The translations under genes and the position numbers were made by a program. Positions 1 to 8,983 of a stretch of DNA of 64,000 bases are shown here, one piece after another. Positions within the stretch are counted from its first letter, which is position 1; every line of letters begins with the position of its first letter. The notes beneath the pieces were generated by a model. It was not told where the DNA came from. It saw only the letters and a list, made by a program, of their open reading frames with translations, and ran no database searches. Origin of the DNA: Pseudomonadota bacterium. Its GTDB lineage: Bacteria; Bdellovibrionota_C; UBA2361; OMII01. The stretch is taken from contig JBEGVS010000050.1 in the NCBI GenBank assembly GCA_041178185.1, positions 45,186 to 109,185 of the forward strand. Direction: 5' to 3'.

Positions 1-3
1 GTA

Positions 4-411
4 GTGAAAGCCGCGCTTGAGGACGAGGAGTTTTTGGATTCGCTCGCCATCTCTGTATCCTCCGAGCGATTGTCCCAGTGTCGCTCCGAACTGGAGAACC
101 TTCAACGACAACGTCAGTGGATCTCGCTAAGTCAACGCATCGGCCTGCAATCGGTGAAGATAGTGCGTGCTCTTGAGAGGCTAATGCCCGCTGATGTTTG
201 GCTCACGGAGCTCACCGTGGGCCATGGAACGGCACTCTTGGCGGGATTTTCCCGTTCCGATTCATCGGTCTCTGCCTTTCTTCAAGCTCTCAAGGAGGGG
301 GAAGAGTTGGGCCGTCCGCGTCTTGAGTCGTCTCGACTTGCGCCCCATATGGCGCCCGACGCGCGGGAGTTTCGCATATCGAGCGATGGCTTATTGACCG
401 AGGGAAATTAG
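4..411 (+). CDS. pilN: Type IV pilus assembly protein PilN-like (5' end probably outside the window)
   Basis: Coiled coil followed by 'MPADVWLTELTVGHGTALLAGFSRSDSSVSAFLQAL', a PilN-type pattern; lies upstream of a pilO-like gene and pilQ. Confidence 0.75.
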   Translation: MKAALEDEEFLDSLAISVSSERLSQCRSELENLQRQRQWISLSQRIGLQSVKIVRALERLMPADVWLTELTVGHGTALLAGFSRSDSSVSAFLQALKEGEELGRPRLESSRLAPHMAPDAREFRISSDGLLTEGN

Positions 412-420
412 GGGGGGGCG

Positions 421-1002
421 GTGAGAACAGATCGTATCGCCTGGATGATACCACGGGGTGCTCGACGGATATCGCGTAGGTCCCTTCATCTCTCGGTGTA
501 TGCGTTTCACCTCTGCGTAGCCGTAGTAATTGTTTTTACGATCGTGTCTCCTGGGATACGGGAGCTGCGCTTGAGAAGGTCGACCGAAATGGCTACTCAA
601 GAGGAATTACGGGGAGCACGGGAGCGACGCAAAGTGATCGGCGCAATGAGATCTCAGCTCCTGAAGCTTCAGCGAGAGATGAACAAACGTGATCCAATGA
701 ATACGGATACGCAGGGCGTTCATTCTCTGGTGCGAGATATAGCGCGTACTTCAGAGATGACGTTGAAAACATTCACCTCGATGGAAGCAGATGGGGAGTA
801 CCTGTGCGTTCTGGAGGGAGGTTTCGATAACGCCGTTACTTTTTTAAGCGATTCTATCGATGCCACAGAGGCTATTCGTGTACAACGTTTTATCCTTCGG
901 GCCATTCCACCTGCGATAGGTACTGTGGAGCTAGAACTGCTCCTGGAAGCTCTGAACGTCCCGTCCCAAGCGAAATCCTCATGTGCTGAGTCTGAGCAGT
1001 GA
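421..1002 (+). CDS. pilO: Type IV pilus assembly protein PilO-like
   Basis: N-terminal TM helix, coiled coil, and 'LEGGFDNAVTFL' segment; position between pilN and pilQ. Confidence 0.55.
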   Translation: MRTDRIAWMIPRGARRISRRSLHLSVYAFHLCVAVVIVFTIVSPGIRELRLRRSTEMATQEELRGARERRKVIGAMRSQLLKLQREMNKRDPMNTDTQGVHSLVRDIARTSEMTLKTFTSMEADGEYLCVLEGGFDNAVTFLSDSIDATEAIRVQRFILRAIPPAIGTVELELLLEALNVPSQAKSSCAESEQ

Positions 1003-1346
1003 CCTCACGCGCTCTATTGTGACAGCGGTTGATCTTGAGCGATCTGCCCACGCCGCCGTCAGCAGGAAAAAAACAGCAACTTTCGAAATGACGTAACCAT
1101 CTCATCTTGGAGAGTTCGAATCGTCCATCGACATCCAAGGCAGGAGGCCTTGTCACATGAAGGGGCACGGATGCGAGGGATACGAGCTTAGGATCGAAGT
1201 TCACCGGTTTTGTCGGTGAGGTTTTTCAAAGGGAAACCCTGCAGCATGTGTGACGAGCAGAGTACGAAAAACAGGACGCAAAGGATTGTTTTGAGACAGG
1301 TCGTTGGAGAGTGCTGCATGGCCGTGGCGGTTTTTAGGGGGAACGC

Positions 1347-3854
1347 ATGAAGTCTCTCGTAGCTCATTCACGAATGTTAGAGGCGACCCTTGCGTTGTCG
1401 TTGACATTCGCTTCCTCGGTTAAGGCCGAGTCTCCGACAACCTCGATACCTAGTGGTCGTTCGTTGCTTTCTCGTTCGCAAGGGAATGTTGGCGTAAATG
1501 TTGCGCACACAAGTGGAGTTGATCAGATCGTTATTGATACCGGCTCAGAGCAACCAACGTATCAGGTAAAAAGACTTCAAAATCCTCCCCGTCTCGTTAT
1601 CGACCTGACCTCCACAACGATCAATTCCAACAAGAATCTCGCAATCGCCGATTTGGACCGGGTATCGAGCATTCGCATCGGGGCACAGCCAAATGCGGGA
1701 CGTATCGTGATGGATTTGGCAGAGGGCCAAGATATCTCTCATACCGTGCGTGCAGAGAAAGGCTCGATAGTGGTGAGCTTGGCCTCTGGTAAGGAAAACT
1801 CAGTCGAAACACCTGTCAAAACTGCAACGCAGCTTCAGGAGAAAGAAGTGCGCCCAGTGCAGCTTGCGAAGGCTGCATCCGCGGTTCCAGTAGAGAAAGA
1901 GAAGGGGAGCGAAGCGCCGAAGATTAAGGAGATTGCTCCTGTGAAGATAGAGACAGCTCCGTTGCGTAAAGCGGAGCCGTCAGTTGAGGAGGTTTCGGTG
2001 CTCCCTGTTGCGGCGAATCTCAACTCATCGGCTTCTCAGGTGAAGAGCGTCCGGCTCTCCTCATCAGGTGGAGCCTCTACCATGGTGTCGGTGGAGGTAG
2101 AGACGACTCCTGAGTTTACGATTGAGAGAACGGCTCCCTCGGAGTACGTCTTAACCCTCAAGAATACAACGCTTCCAGACAGTGCGTTAAGTGCAACCCT
2201 CTTCTCAGAGTCCCAGGCATCGCCGATTCGCTCCGTGCGATCGACCGTCAAAGGTCAGGACGCATTGATTCGAATATTCGCACAGCCAAATATCTACCTA
2301 ACCGCGCGCGTAGCGGGTTCACAAGTACTTGTTGAAGAGACCAGTGACCTCAAGCAGGTAGTTGATGACATGCGCGCACAGCTCGCTCCCAAGGGGACTG
2401 CAGCCCCAGAGGATAAAAAAGCTGCCGAGCCGGTTAAAGAGAAGGAGACAGCAGTGGCGGCTAAGTCCAAGCCGGCCGCGAAGTCAAAGTCAGATGAGGA
2501 GATGTCAGACAGTGAGGTTCGGGCGTTGCTTGGAGACACGGCTCGCTACACCGGGAAATTGATATCTCTCGACCTGCAAGACACCGATATCGACAATGCG
2601 CTGCGAATCATCGCAGAGGTTTCAAACTTGAATATCGTCGCAAGTGAGGATGTTCTAGGAAAAGTGACCCTCCGACTTACGGATGTTCCGTGGGACCAAG
2701 CTCTCGACGTCATCCTCAAGACACACGGTCTTGATAAGGTGCTCGAAGGTAACGTCATGCGTATCGCACCGGTGGATAAGCTTCGAGTGGAGCGGGAGTC
2801 TCTTAAGCAGGCTCAGATCGCTGACATGGAACTTGCCCAGCTCGTAGTGAAATACCTCCGTGTTAGTTACGGAAAAGCCTCAGAGCTTAAGAGTCTAGTC
2901 GAGACAGTGCTGTCAGAGCGCGGAACGGTGGCGTACGATGAGCGCTCCAATCAGCTCATCGTAAAGGATATTCAATCGGGTATCGATAACGTGACCGAAC
3001 TTGTGTCGAAGGTAGATCTTCGAACGCCGCAGGTTCTTCTTGAGACTCAGATCGTTGAGGCGAGTCGAAATCTCACGCGTGATCTCGGTAGCGAGCTTGG
3101 GTTCCAATATATCCAATCTCCATCCACAGGAAATGGTACCGGTCTGAATTTCCCATCGGCCGTCGCCGTAGGAGGAACACTGACTAACAATGGGCTTGGC
3201 GCCTCTGCCTTCCCCGCTGCGGTGTCAGCAACCGCTGGGTCCGCGGTAAGCATGTTGTTCGATAGCGCTGATGGAACAAAATCGCTCGAGCTGCGGCTAA
3301 CTCAATTGGAGTCAGAGGGGCGTGTTCGAATCGTGAGTCGCCCAGCAGTTGCTACCACAAACAACAAGCCAGCAGAGATTAAGAGTGTCGAAAAATATCG
3401 AGTACGTCTTCCGAGTGGCGGAACATCTGTCGCTACGGGACAGGGATCTACTGCAAATGGAACGGGTGGGGCAGCAACAGAAGTCATTGAGGCTGGAATC
3501 GTTCTGAACGTCACTCCTCAGGCTTCTCCTGACTACTACATCTTGCTGGATATCAAAGCGAAGTCCAGCACCTTCGGAAATTCAAGCGTAGAGGGCATTC
3601 CGAATGAAATTGAGCGCAGTGCGAGTTCGTCGGTTCTGGTGTCGAGCGGGCAGACATTTGCGCTCGGTGGAATCTACAAGCTCATGGATAAAGATGATGT
3701 GAGTGGAGTGCCCTTCCTCAAGGATATTCCAGTACTGGGAACGTTCTTCAGACGTCTCCAGACGACCAACACGGATGAAGAGCTGTTGTTCTTCATCACG
3801 CCGCGAATCGTTGAGGGCAGTTTCGATGATTCGATAATGAAGACCGCTTCCTAA
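1347..3854 (+). CDS. pilQ: Type IV pilus secretin PilQ with N-terminal AMIN domains
   Basis: Signal peptide; AMIN motif 'LQNPPRLVIDL'; 'YTGKLISLDLQDTDIDNALRIIAEVSNLNIV', 'VPWDQALDVIL'; secretin C-terminus 'GVPFLKDIPVLGTFFR...ELLFFITPRIV'. Confidence 0.95.
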   Translation: MKSLVAHSRMLEATLALSLTFASSVKAESPTTSIPSGRSLLSRSQGNVGVNVAHTSGVDQIVIDTGSEQPTYQVKRLQNPPRLVIDLTSTTINSNKNLAIADLDRVSSIRIGAQPNAGRIVMDLAEGQDISHTVRAEKGSIVVSLASGKENSVETPVKTATQLQEKEVRPVQLAKAASAVPVEKEKGSEAPKIKEIAPVKIETAPLRKAEPSVEEVSVLPVAANLNSSASQVKSVRLSSSGGASTMVSVEVETTPEFTIERTAPSEYVLTLKNTTLPDSALSATLFSESQASPIRSVRSTVKGQDALIRIFAQPNIYLTARVAGSQVLVEETSDLKQVVDDMRAQLAPKGTAAPEDKKAAEPVKEKETAVAAKSKPAAKSKSDEEMSDSEVRALLGDTARYTGKLISLDLQDTDIDNALRIIAEVSNLNIVASEDVLGKVTLRLTDVPWDQALDVILKTHGLDKVLEGNVMRIAPVDKLRVERESLKQAQIADMELAQLVVKYLRVSYGKASELKSLVETVLSERGTVAYDERSNQLIVKDIQSGIDNVTELVSKVDLRTPQVLLETQIVEASRNLTRDLGSELGFQYIQSPSTGNGTGLNFPSAVAVGGTLTNNGLGASAFPAAVSATAGSAVSMLFDSADGTKSLELRLTQLESEGRVRIVSRPAVATTNNKPAEIKSVEKYRVRLPSGGTSVATGQGSTANGTGGAATEVIEAGIVLNVTPQASPDYYILLDIKAKSSTFGNSSVEGIPNEIERSASSSVLVSSGQTFALGGIYKLMDKDDVSGVPFLKDIPVLGTFFRRLQTTNTDEELLFFITPRIVEGSFDDSIMKTAS

Positions 3855-3878
3855 GGACCGCGATTGAAAGGCTCGACT

Positions 3879-4841
3879 ATGAAACATTTTAAAAAGGTTG
3901 TTACCGTCCTCTTGCCGATGCTTACCATGATGGGATGTGGTGGTAACGGCGCTTCCAATAACGACCAGGGGATCTCGGTTACCTTGCTGGGTCTCTTTCA
4001 AAGCGCTACATCACAGGCGACGGGTGGCACTACTAATAACACCAACAATCTGACCGGTTGTGGACAGCTTCCACAGCCGCTTTCCGCTGGCTTCATTAGT
4101 CTTGGTCAAACCTTGCCTCAAGCAACGGCTACCCCTGACCCCTCGACAAACACGGGGTTATCAATCGATCCATCAGGTGCGGTGTACGCGGTCGTTGGTG
4201 TACAGAACAATCTATATGGACAGGTGTTTCGGGCAGATCGGGTTCTCTTGGAGTACTACATCCCTGGCTCGTCCGTTCAACCGCCATCCACGAATGTGGC
4301 GTTGAATATGCTTGCGGGTCCAGCTGAGGCTGGCACGCAGGGAGGAACTGTTGCGGGTGGTACTGGCACTGGCACTGGTACCGGTACGGGTACCGGAACC
4401 GGTACTAGTGTTGTCGGCGGTATCCGCCGACCGATCGTTACGAGTCTGCCTCCAACCTTTAATCGGATCTGTAATCGAGCGTTCGCGCAGGTTCCTATTA
4501 TACCTGCACCTATTCGCGAGTGGCTTGTTTTCAATAGCAATCAATTGCCCGAGGCCCCTTTTGATCTGGAGATCGTGATTACGTTGACCGGATTGTCATC
4601 GGGGGGAAATCGGTACGATACGAATCAGGGATTGTTCACTATTAGTGTCGTTCCTGAGATCCCTGTGATTCCACCAACACCTGTAGTGTCGGCAAATGGG
4701 GGAGCGACCGCCGAAACCGTCGACGAAGCTCCGACCCAGACACTGAGCGCTGCTGATGAGCCGGTCGGTGATACGGATGCCGAAGGGCTTGAGGAGCTTG
4801 AAAGTGCTTTCGAATCTGAGTCAGTAGTCCAGGGGGAATAA
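3879..4841 (+). CDS. Hypothetical lipoprotein with (Gly-Thr)8 linker and acidic tail
   Basis: Lipobox-like 'MMGC' after a basic/hydrophobic leader; ATG at 3879 chosen over TTG at 3864. Confidence 0.7.
   Translation: MKHFKKVVTVLLPMLTMMGCGGNGASNNDQGISVTLLGLFQSATSQATGGTTNNTNNLTGCGQLPQPLSAGFISLGQTLPQATATPDPSTNTGLSIDPSGAVYAVVGVQNNLYGQVFRADRVLLEYYIPGSSVQPPSTNVALNMLAGPAEAGTQGGTVAGGTGTGTGTGTGTGTGTSVVGGIRRPIVTSLPPTFNRICNRAFAQVPIIPAPIREWLVFNSNQLPEAPFDLEIVITLTGLSSGGNRYDTNQGLFTISVVPEIPVIPPTPVVSANGGATAETVDEAPTQTLSAADEPVGDTDAEGLEELESAFESESVVQGE
4359..4406 (+). repeat. Degenerate 6-bp coding tandem repeat (GGN ACN)x8 encoding (GT)8
   Basis: ggtactggcactggcactggtaccggtacgggtaccggaaccggtact. Confidence 0.9.
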
Positions 4842-4893
4842 AGCGATAGGTCTTTGATCGACAACAGATTATTGGGAAGCCTTACCGGGGAAC

Positions 4894-5958
4894 ATGATCA
4901 TGCGACGCCACACTATTTCACTTTTGACAATTTCGATCGTTGGTGTGGGCATCCTTGGCTTTACGGGATGTCAGGGAAATACTGATGGAGGTGAGGCGGC
5001 TAATCCGGATTATCGGGAAGACGTCTTTATAGGCGATGAGACGAGCACAGGGTCAATTCGACTAGAGGTCAATGATTCACACATTCCAGTTGGAGAAACT
5101 TCAGGATTTAAGGTTTCGGTAACCGATTCACGGGGGCAGCCGATCGCGAATACCAGAGTCGTCTGTGATAGCGAGAAGGGCGTGGCCCTCATAGAACCGA
5201 CCTCAGGCTACGAGTTAACGAGCAGCTCTGGAGTTATGAGCGGAGTTGTTGGATGTGCCGCACCTGGTAGCTATCAAATGGTCTGTCGATTGAGCATCGG
5301 AGCTAACCGCAGGCAGTTCGTTTCAGTAGTCTGCACCGGCGATGTTCCAAGCGGATTCACAGGATTCCCTGGAGCTGGAGGGGGTGGACTTGGGGGAGGA
5401 AGCCAAACAGGTGACGATGGCGACATTCAGATCACAGACGCCGGCTTTGATGATGATGGTGAGGTCGCGTCGACGACCGTGCCGGTAGACGCCTCAATCG
5501 ACATTGTGCAGGAGGCTGACTGCGATGTATCGACGCCAGCGGTCGATGTGGAGCCTTTTTATGATACGTACGCGGTGCTCAATGTCGTGAACAACCTCTC
5601 GGAGCAGGTGACGCTGGTCTCTCTGGAATGTTCAGTGAAGGGTATCGATGGCACGAGTAATACCGCTAGTTGTGGCCAGATCGGTTTGACGAGATCTTCG
5701 AGTTCGACACTGGAAGCCAATAACGATTCAACCATCGTCCAGGTTCCCGTCTTCAAGGCCTACAACGGTCGTAAGTATGTAGGTAATCCAACCAACGGTA
5801 CCGGCACCCAGATTACGAGCCCTGGACTTTTCACCGTCTCCTTTAAGCTGTACTACCAAAGGGCCTCTGACAGTGAGAGTGACAGCGAAGACCTTCCGTA
5901 CATCACAGCAACTGCGACCGGCTCATTCAGTAATTTCAATCGTTGCCCTGCCGGCTAA
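4894..5958 (+). CDS. Hypothetical lipoprotein with probable Ig-like domain
   Basis: Lipobox 'FTGC'; 'FKVSVTDSRGQPIANTRVVC' resembles a bacterial Ig-like (Big_1) strand pattern; Gly-rich linker; several Cys. Confidence 0.65.
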   Translation: MIMRRHTISLLTISIVGVGILGFTGCQGNTDGGEAANPDYREDVFIGDETSTGSIRLEVNDSHIPVGETSGFKVSVTDSRGQPIANTRVVCDSEKGVALIEPTSGYELTSSSGVMSGVVGCAAPGSYQMVCRLSIGANRRQFVSVVCTGDVPSGFTGFPGAGGGGLGGGSQTGDDGDIQITDAGFDDDGEVASTTVPVDASIDIVQEADCDVSTPAVDVEPFYDTYAVLNVVNNLSEQVTLVSLECSVKGIDGTSNTASCGQIGLTRSSSSTLEANNDSTIVQVPVFKAYNGRKYVGNPTNGTGTQITSPGLFTVSFKLYYQRASDSESDSEDLPYITATATGSFSNFNRCPAG

Positions 5959-6091
5959 CCTGCAGGGGGCCAGACCCAGAAAATAGGATTTGGCTTTGCC
6001 AAGGCTAAGTTGCTGTACTCACAGGCCTTGGCAGGGAAAAATGAGACTTGGTATTGGCTTTCTTCGGCCTTCGTGGCTAGGATACGCCCCC

Positions 6092-6556
6092 ATGGATATC
6101 AAGGATATTGAGAACATCATTAAGATACTGAAACAGAACGAGGTAACCGAGTTCGAGCTCGAGCAAGAGGGAACCCGTGTTAAGCTGTCTCGAACGACCG
6201 GCGGTGCTTACGTGACCTCCGAGGCTCGTTACGAGATGGTGCCAGCGGTGCAGGTCTCCATGGCTTCCGCGCCTGCCTCGAATGGGGCTGCTCCTCAAGA
6301 GGACCTCGGCCGCTACGTTAAGGTGGAGTCGCCTATCGTTGGCACGTTCTACCGTAAGCCTTCTCCAGACGCGGACTTCTTTGTGAAAGAGGGAGATACG
6401 GTAAGCAAGGGGGACACCCTCTGCATCGTCGAGGCCATGAAACTCATGAACGAGATCGAGGCCCCTACCTCCGGTAAGATCGTCAAGATCCTCGGAGTCG
6501 AAGGCCAGGTCATCGAGTTCGGTGAGGTTCTCTTCCTCATCGATCCTGCTGTGTAA
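6092..6556 (+). CDS. accB: Acetyl-CoA carboxylase biotin carboxyl carrier protein
   Basis: 'SPIVGTFYRKPSP' and biotinylation motif 'EAMKLMNEI'; ATG at 6092 (MDIKDIENII). Confidence 0.97.
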   Translation: MDIKDIENIIKILKQNEVTEFELEQEGTRVKLSRTTGGAYVTSEARYEMVPAVQVSMASAPASNGAAPQEDLGRYVKVESPIVGTFYRKPSPDADFFVKEGDTVSKGDTLCIVEAMKLMNEIEAPTSGKIVKILGVEGQVIEFGEVLFLIDPAV

Positions 6557-6579
6557 TCAAAGTTACCGCGGTACTTCAA

Positions 6580-7938
6580 ATGAGCTCTGTACCTTTTCAA
6601 AAAGTTCTCGTAGCGAACCGTGGCGAGATCGCGCTGCGTATCATTCGTGCATGTCACGAGCTCGGTATTAAAACGGTCGCTGTGCACTCTAAAGCTGACG
6701 AAGACGCGCTACACGTTAAGTTGGCCACCGAAAGCGTGTGCATCGGGCCTGCTTTGGCAAAAGAGAGTTACCTCAATATCGCTTCGATTATGTCTGCCGC
6801 TGTTGCGACTCGAGCCGATGCTATTCATCCGGGATACGGATTTTTGAGCGAGAATGCAGCGTTCGCCGAGATATGCGCGAGCTGCGGCATTACGTTCATC
6901 GGCCCAACCGTTCGCAGCATGCGCATCATGGGTGACAAGGCTCGTGCGCGTCGTGTTGCTGATAAGGTAGGCGTTCCTACGATACCGGGCGATAGCAAGG
7001 GTATGCTCGATGCCGCCGAGGCGTTGAAGGTTGCTGAGAAAGCGGGATATCCGATCCTCCTCAAGGCGTGCGCCGGAGGTGGTGGGCGTGGAATGAAGAT
7101 CGTTAAGAGTGCGGACGAGTTTGTCTCTACATTCCAAACCGCGCAGCGTGAGGTTGAGGCTGCCTTCGGTGATGGACACCTCCTCGTGGAGAAGTATCTT
7201 CCTAAGGTACGGCACATCGAGGTGCAGGTGGCAGGAGATCTCTCGCACAACGCTATTCATCTTGGGATCCGAGATTGCTCTATTCAGCGTCGATACCAAA
7301 AGGTGATTGAGGAATCCCCATCGATTGGATTACCCGCGAGCCTCCAAAACCAGATTCAGGACGCCGCTCTTGAGCTCATCAAGTCGGTGAACTACTCAAG
7401 TCTCGGTACAGTTGAGTTCCTTGCAGATCTTGAGCATGAGAAGTTCTACTTCATCGAGATGAATACCCGATTGCAGGTAGAACACCCGGTTACTGAGATG
7501 GTTACGGATGTCGACCTTGTGAAGGAGCAGATTCGGCTCGCGGCTGGTTTAGAGCTCTCGTGGCAACAAAAAGATATCAAGATGACTGGGCACGCTATCG
7601 AGGCTCGCATTAACGCCGAAGATCCTCGAACGCTTATTCCGTCACCGGGCTTAATCAAGAGCTACCATCCTCCTGGAGGGAACGGAGTTCGAGTTGATTC
7701 AGCTATTTACGCCGGATACTCGGTCAAGCCCTACTACGACTCCTTGATCTCTAAACTGATCGTTCGAGATAAAGACAGAGCTTCGTGCATCAAGAAGCTC
7801 CTCGTGGCGCTGGATGAGTACCTGATCGACGGCATTTCGACCAATATTGAGCTCCACCGAAGAATCTTGTCGCACCCTGATTTCCAGAATGGTAACTTCT
7901 CAACGAAGTTCCTCGATCAAGTTCAACTCTTTGGTTAG
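6580..7938 (+). CDS. accC: Acetyl-CoA carboxylase biotin carboxylase subunit
   Basis: 'KVLVANRGEIALRIIRAC', 'IHPGYGFLSEN', 'GGGGRGM', 'FIEMNTRLQVEHPVTE'; follows accB. Confidence 0.97.
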   Translation: MSSVPFQKVLVANRGEIALRIIRACHELGIKTVAVHSKADEDALHVKLATESVCIGPALAKESYLNIASIMSAAVATRADAIHPGYGFLSENAAFAEICASCGITFIGPTVRSMRIMGDKARARRVADKVGVPTIPGDSKGMLDAAEALKVAEKAGYPILLKACAGGGGRGMKIVKSADEFVSTFQTAQREVEAAFGDGHLLVEKYLPKVRHIEVQVAGDLSHNAIHLGIRDCSIQRRYQKVIEESPSIGLPASLQNQIQDAALELIKSVNYSSLGTVEFLADLEHEKFYFIEMNTRLQVEHPVTEMVTDVDLVKEQIRLAAGLELSWQQKDIKMTGHAIEARINAEDPRTLIPSPGLIKSYHPPGGNGVRVDSAIYAGYSVKPYYDSLISKLIVRDKDRASCIKKLLVALDEYLIDGISTNIELHRRILSHPDFQNGNFSTKFLDQVQLFG

Positions 7939-7941
7939 TTC

Positions 7942-8982
7942 GTGAAAAATATGCAGAGAGCTCCATCTCCTCGCTCCTCGTTTGTGACGTGGTTGTTGTT
8001 GTGCGTTGGAGTTGCCCTTGTGGCAGGCACCTCCGTAAGGGATGCCCAATCCCAACCCCGTCCGGTCTTGGCGCTCACCTCTAATTCCTACGATTTTGGA
8101 ACCGTCGCGCAGGGCACTAAAGTTGTTCATGAGTTTGAGGTCAAAAATACGGGCACCGCGGACCTCGTGATTCAGCGATTGTCGCCGTCATGTGGCTGTA
8201 CCGCTACTCAGCTTGCCTCTCCCATCATCAAACCGGGCGCTTCTGAAAAGGTGCGAGTCACCTTCGACACGACGGGTTTCATGGGCGATAAAACCAAGAC
8301 GGTAGCGATCGCTAGCAATGACACGAACAATCCTGAGGTGACGGTTACGATCAAGGGGCAGGTGCTCTCAAGCTATACGGTTGAGCCCTCTCGGGTTGAT
8401 TTTGGAGAGATCTTTCCATCTTCACTCAGCAGCGCTCGACAGAAACAGGTAACCTTCTCCATTGCGGAGGGAAGCGAGCTCAAGATCACCAAGGTCACCA
8501 GCCTCTCGAAGTATCTTGTAACCTCACCGGTAACCACCCAAGCAAATCGAGCGACTGTCACCATAGAGATCCTACCGACTGTGCCGCTAGGAGAGTTTCG
8601 AGATCGGGTAATCTTTGAGCTTGATGGTGGCCGTCGTGCCGCAGTGAACGTCCCGGTCAACGCATCCGTTAAAGGCGATATTCGTCTGAACCCAGGCACG
8701 ATCTCTTTTGGTGTAGTCGAGGGTCAACGCCCGCTTGAGCGTCGAGTGCAGTTCGAAAATAAGGGACAAAATCCGGTTTCCATTGAATCTATAACAACAT
8801 CGAATGCAGCGATTTCAGCGTCGATGGTGACTGTGCAGCCGGGACGACTGGGGGTTCTAATCGTTAAGGTGGATCCGCGTGAGGTAGTCGGGGATCTGAA
8901 GGGCACAGTAGATGTGAGGACGAACCATCCGAATGAGTCCGTTGTTTCATTGAACGTCTTCGGCGTGCTCCCCCCAAAATAA
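7942..8982 (+). CDS. DUF1573-domain exported protein (three Ig-like repeats)
   Basis: Signal peptide; 'YDFGTV..G..V.HEFEVKNTG..DLVI..LSPSCGCT' DUF1573 pattern; two further 'DFG/SFG' repeats. Confidence 0.8.
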   Translation: MKNMQRAPSPRSSFVTWLLLCVGVALVAGTSVRDAQSQPRPVLALTSNSYDFGTVAQGTKVVHEFEVKNTGTADLVIQRLSPSCGCTATQLASPIIKPGASEKVRVTFDTTGFMGDKTKTVAIASNDTNNPEVTVTIKGQVLSSYTVEPSRVDFGEIFPSSLSSARQKQVTFSIAEGSELKITKVTSLSKYLVTSPVTTQANRATVTIEILPTVPLGEFRDRVIFELDGGRRAAVNVPVNASVKGDIRLNPGTISFGVVEGQRPLERRVQFENKGQNPVSIESITTSNAAISASMVTVQPGRLGVLIVKVDPREVVGDLKGTVDVRTNHPNESVVSLNVFGVLPPK

Positions 8983-8983
8983 C

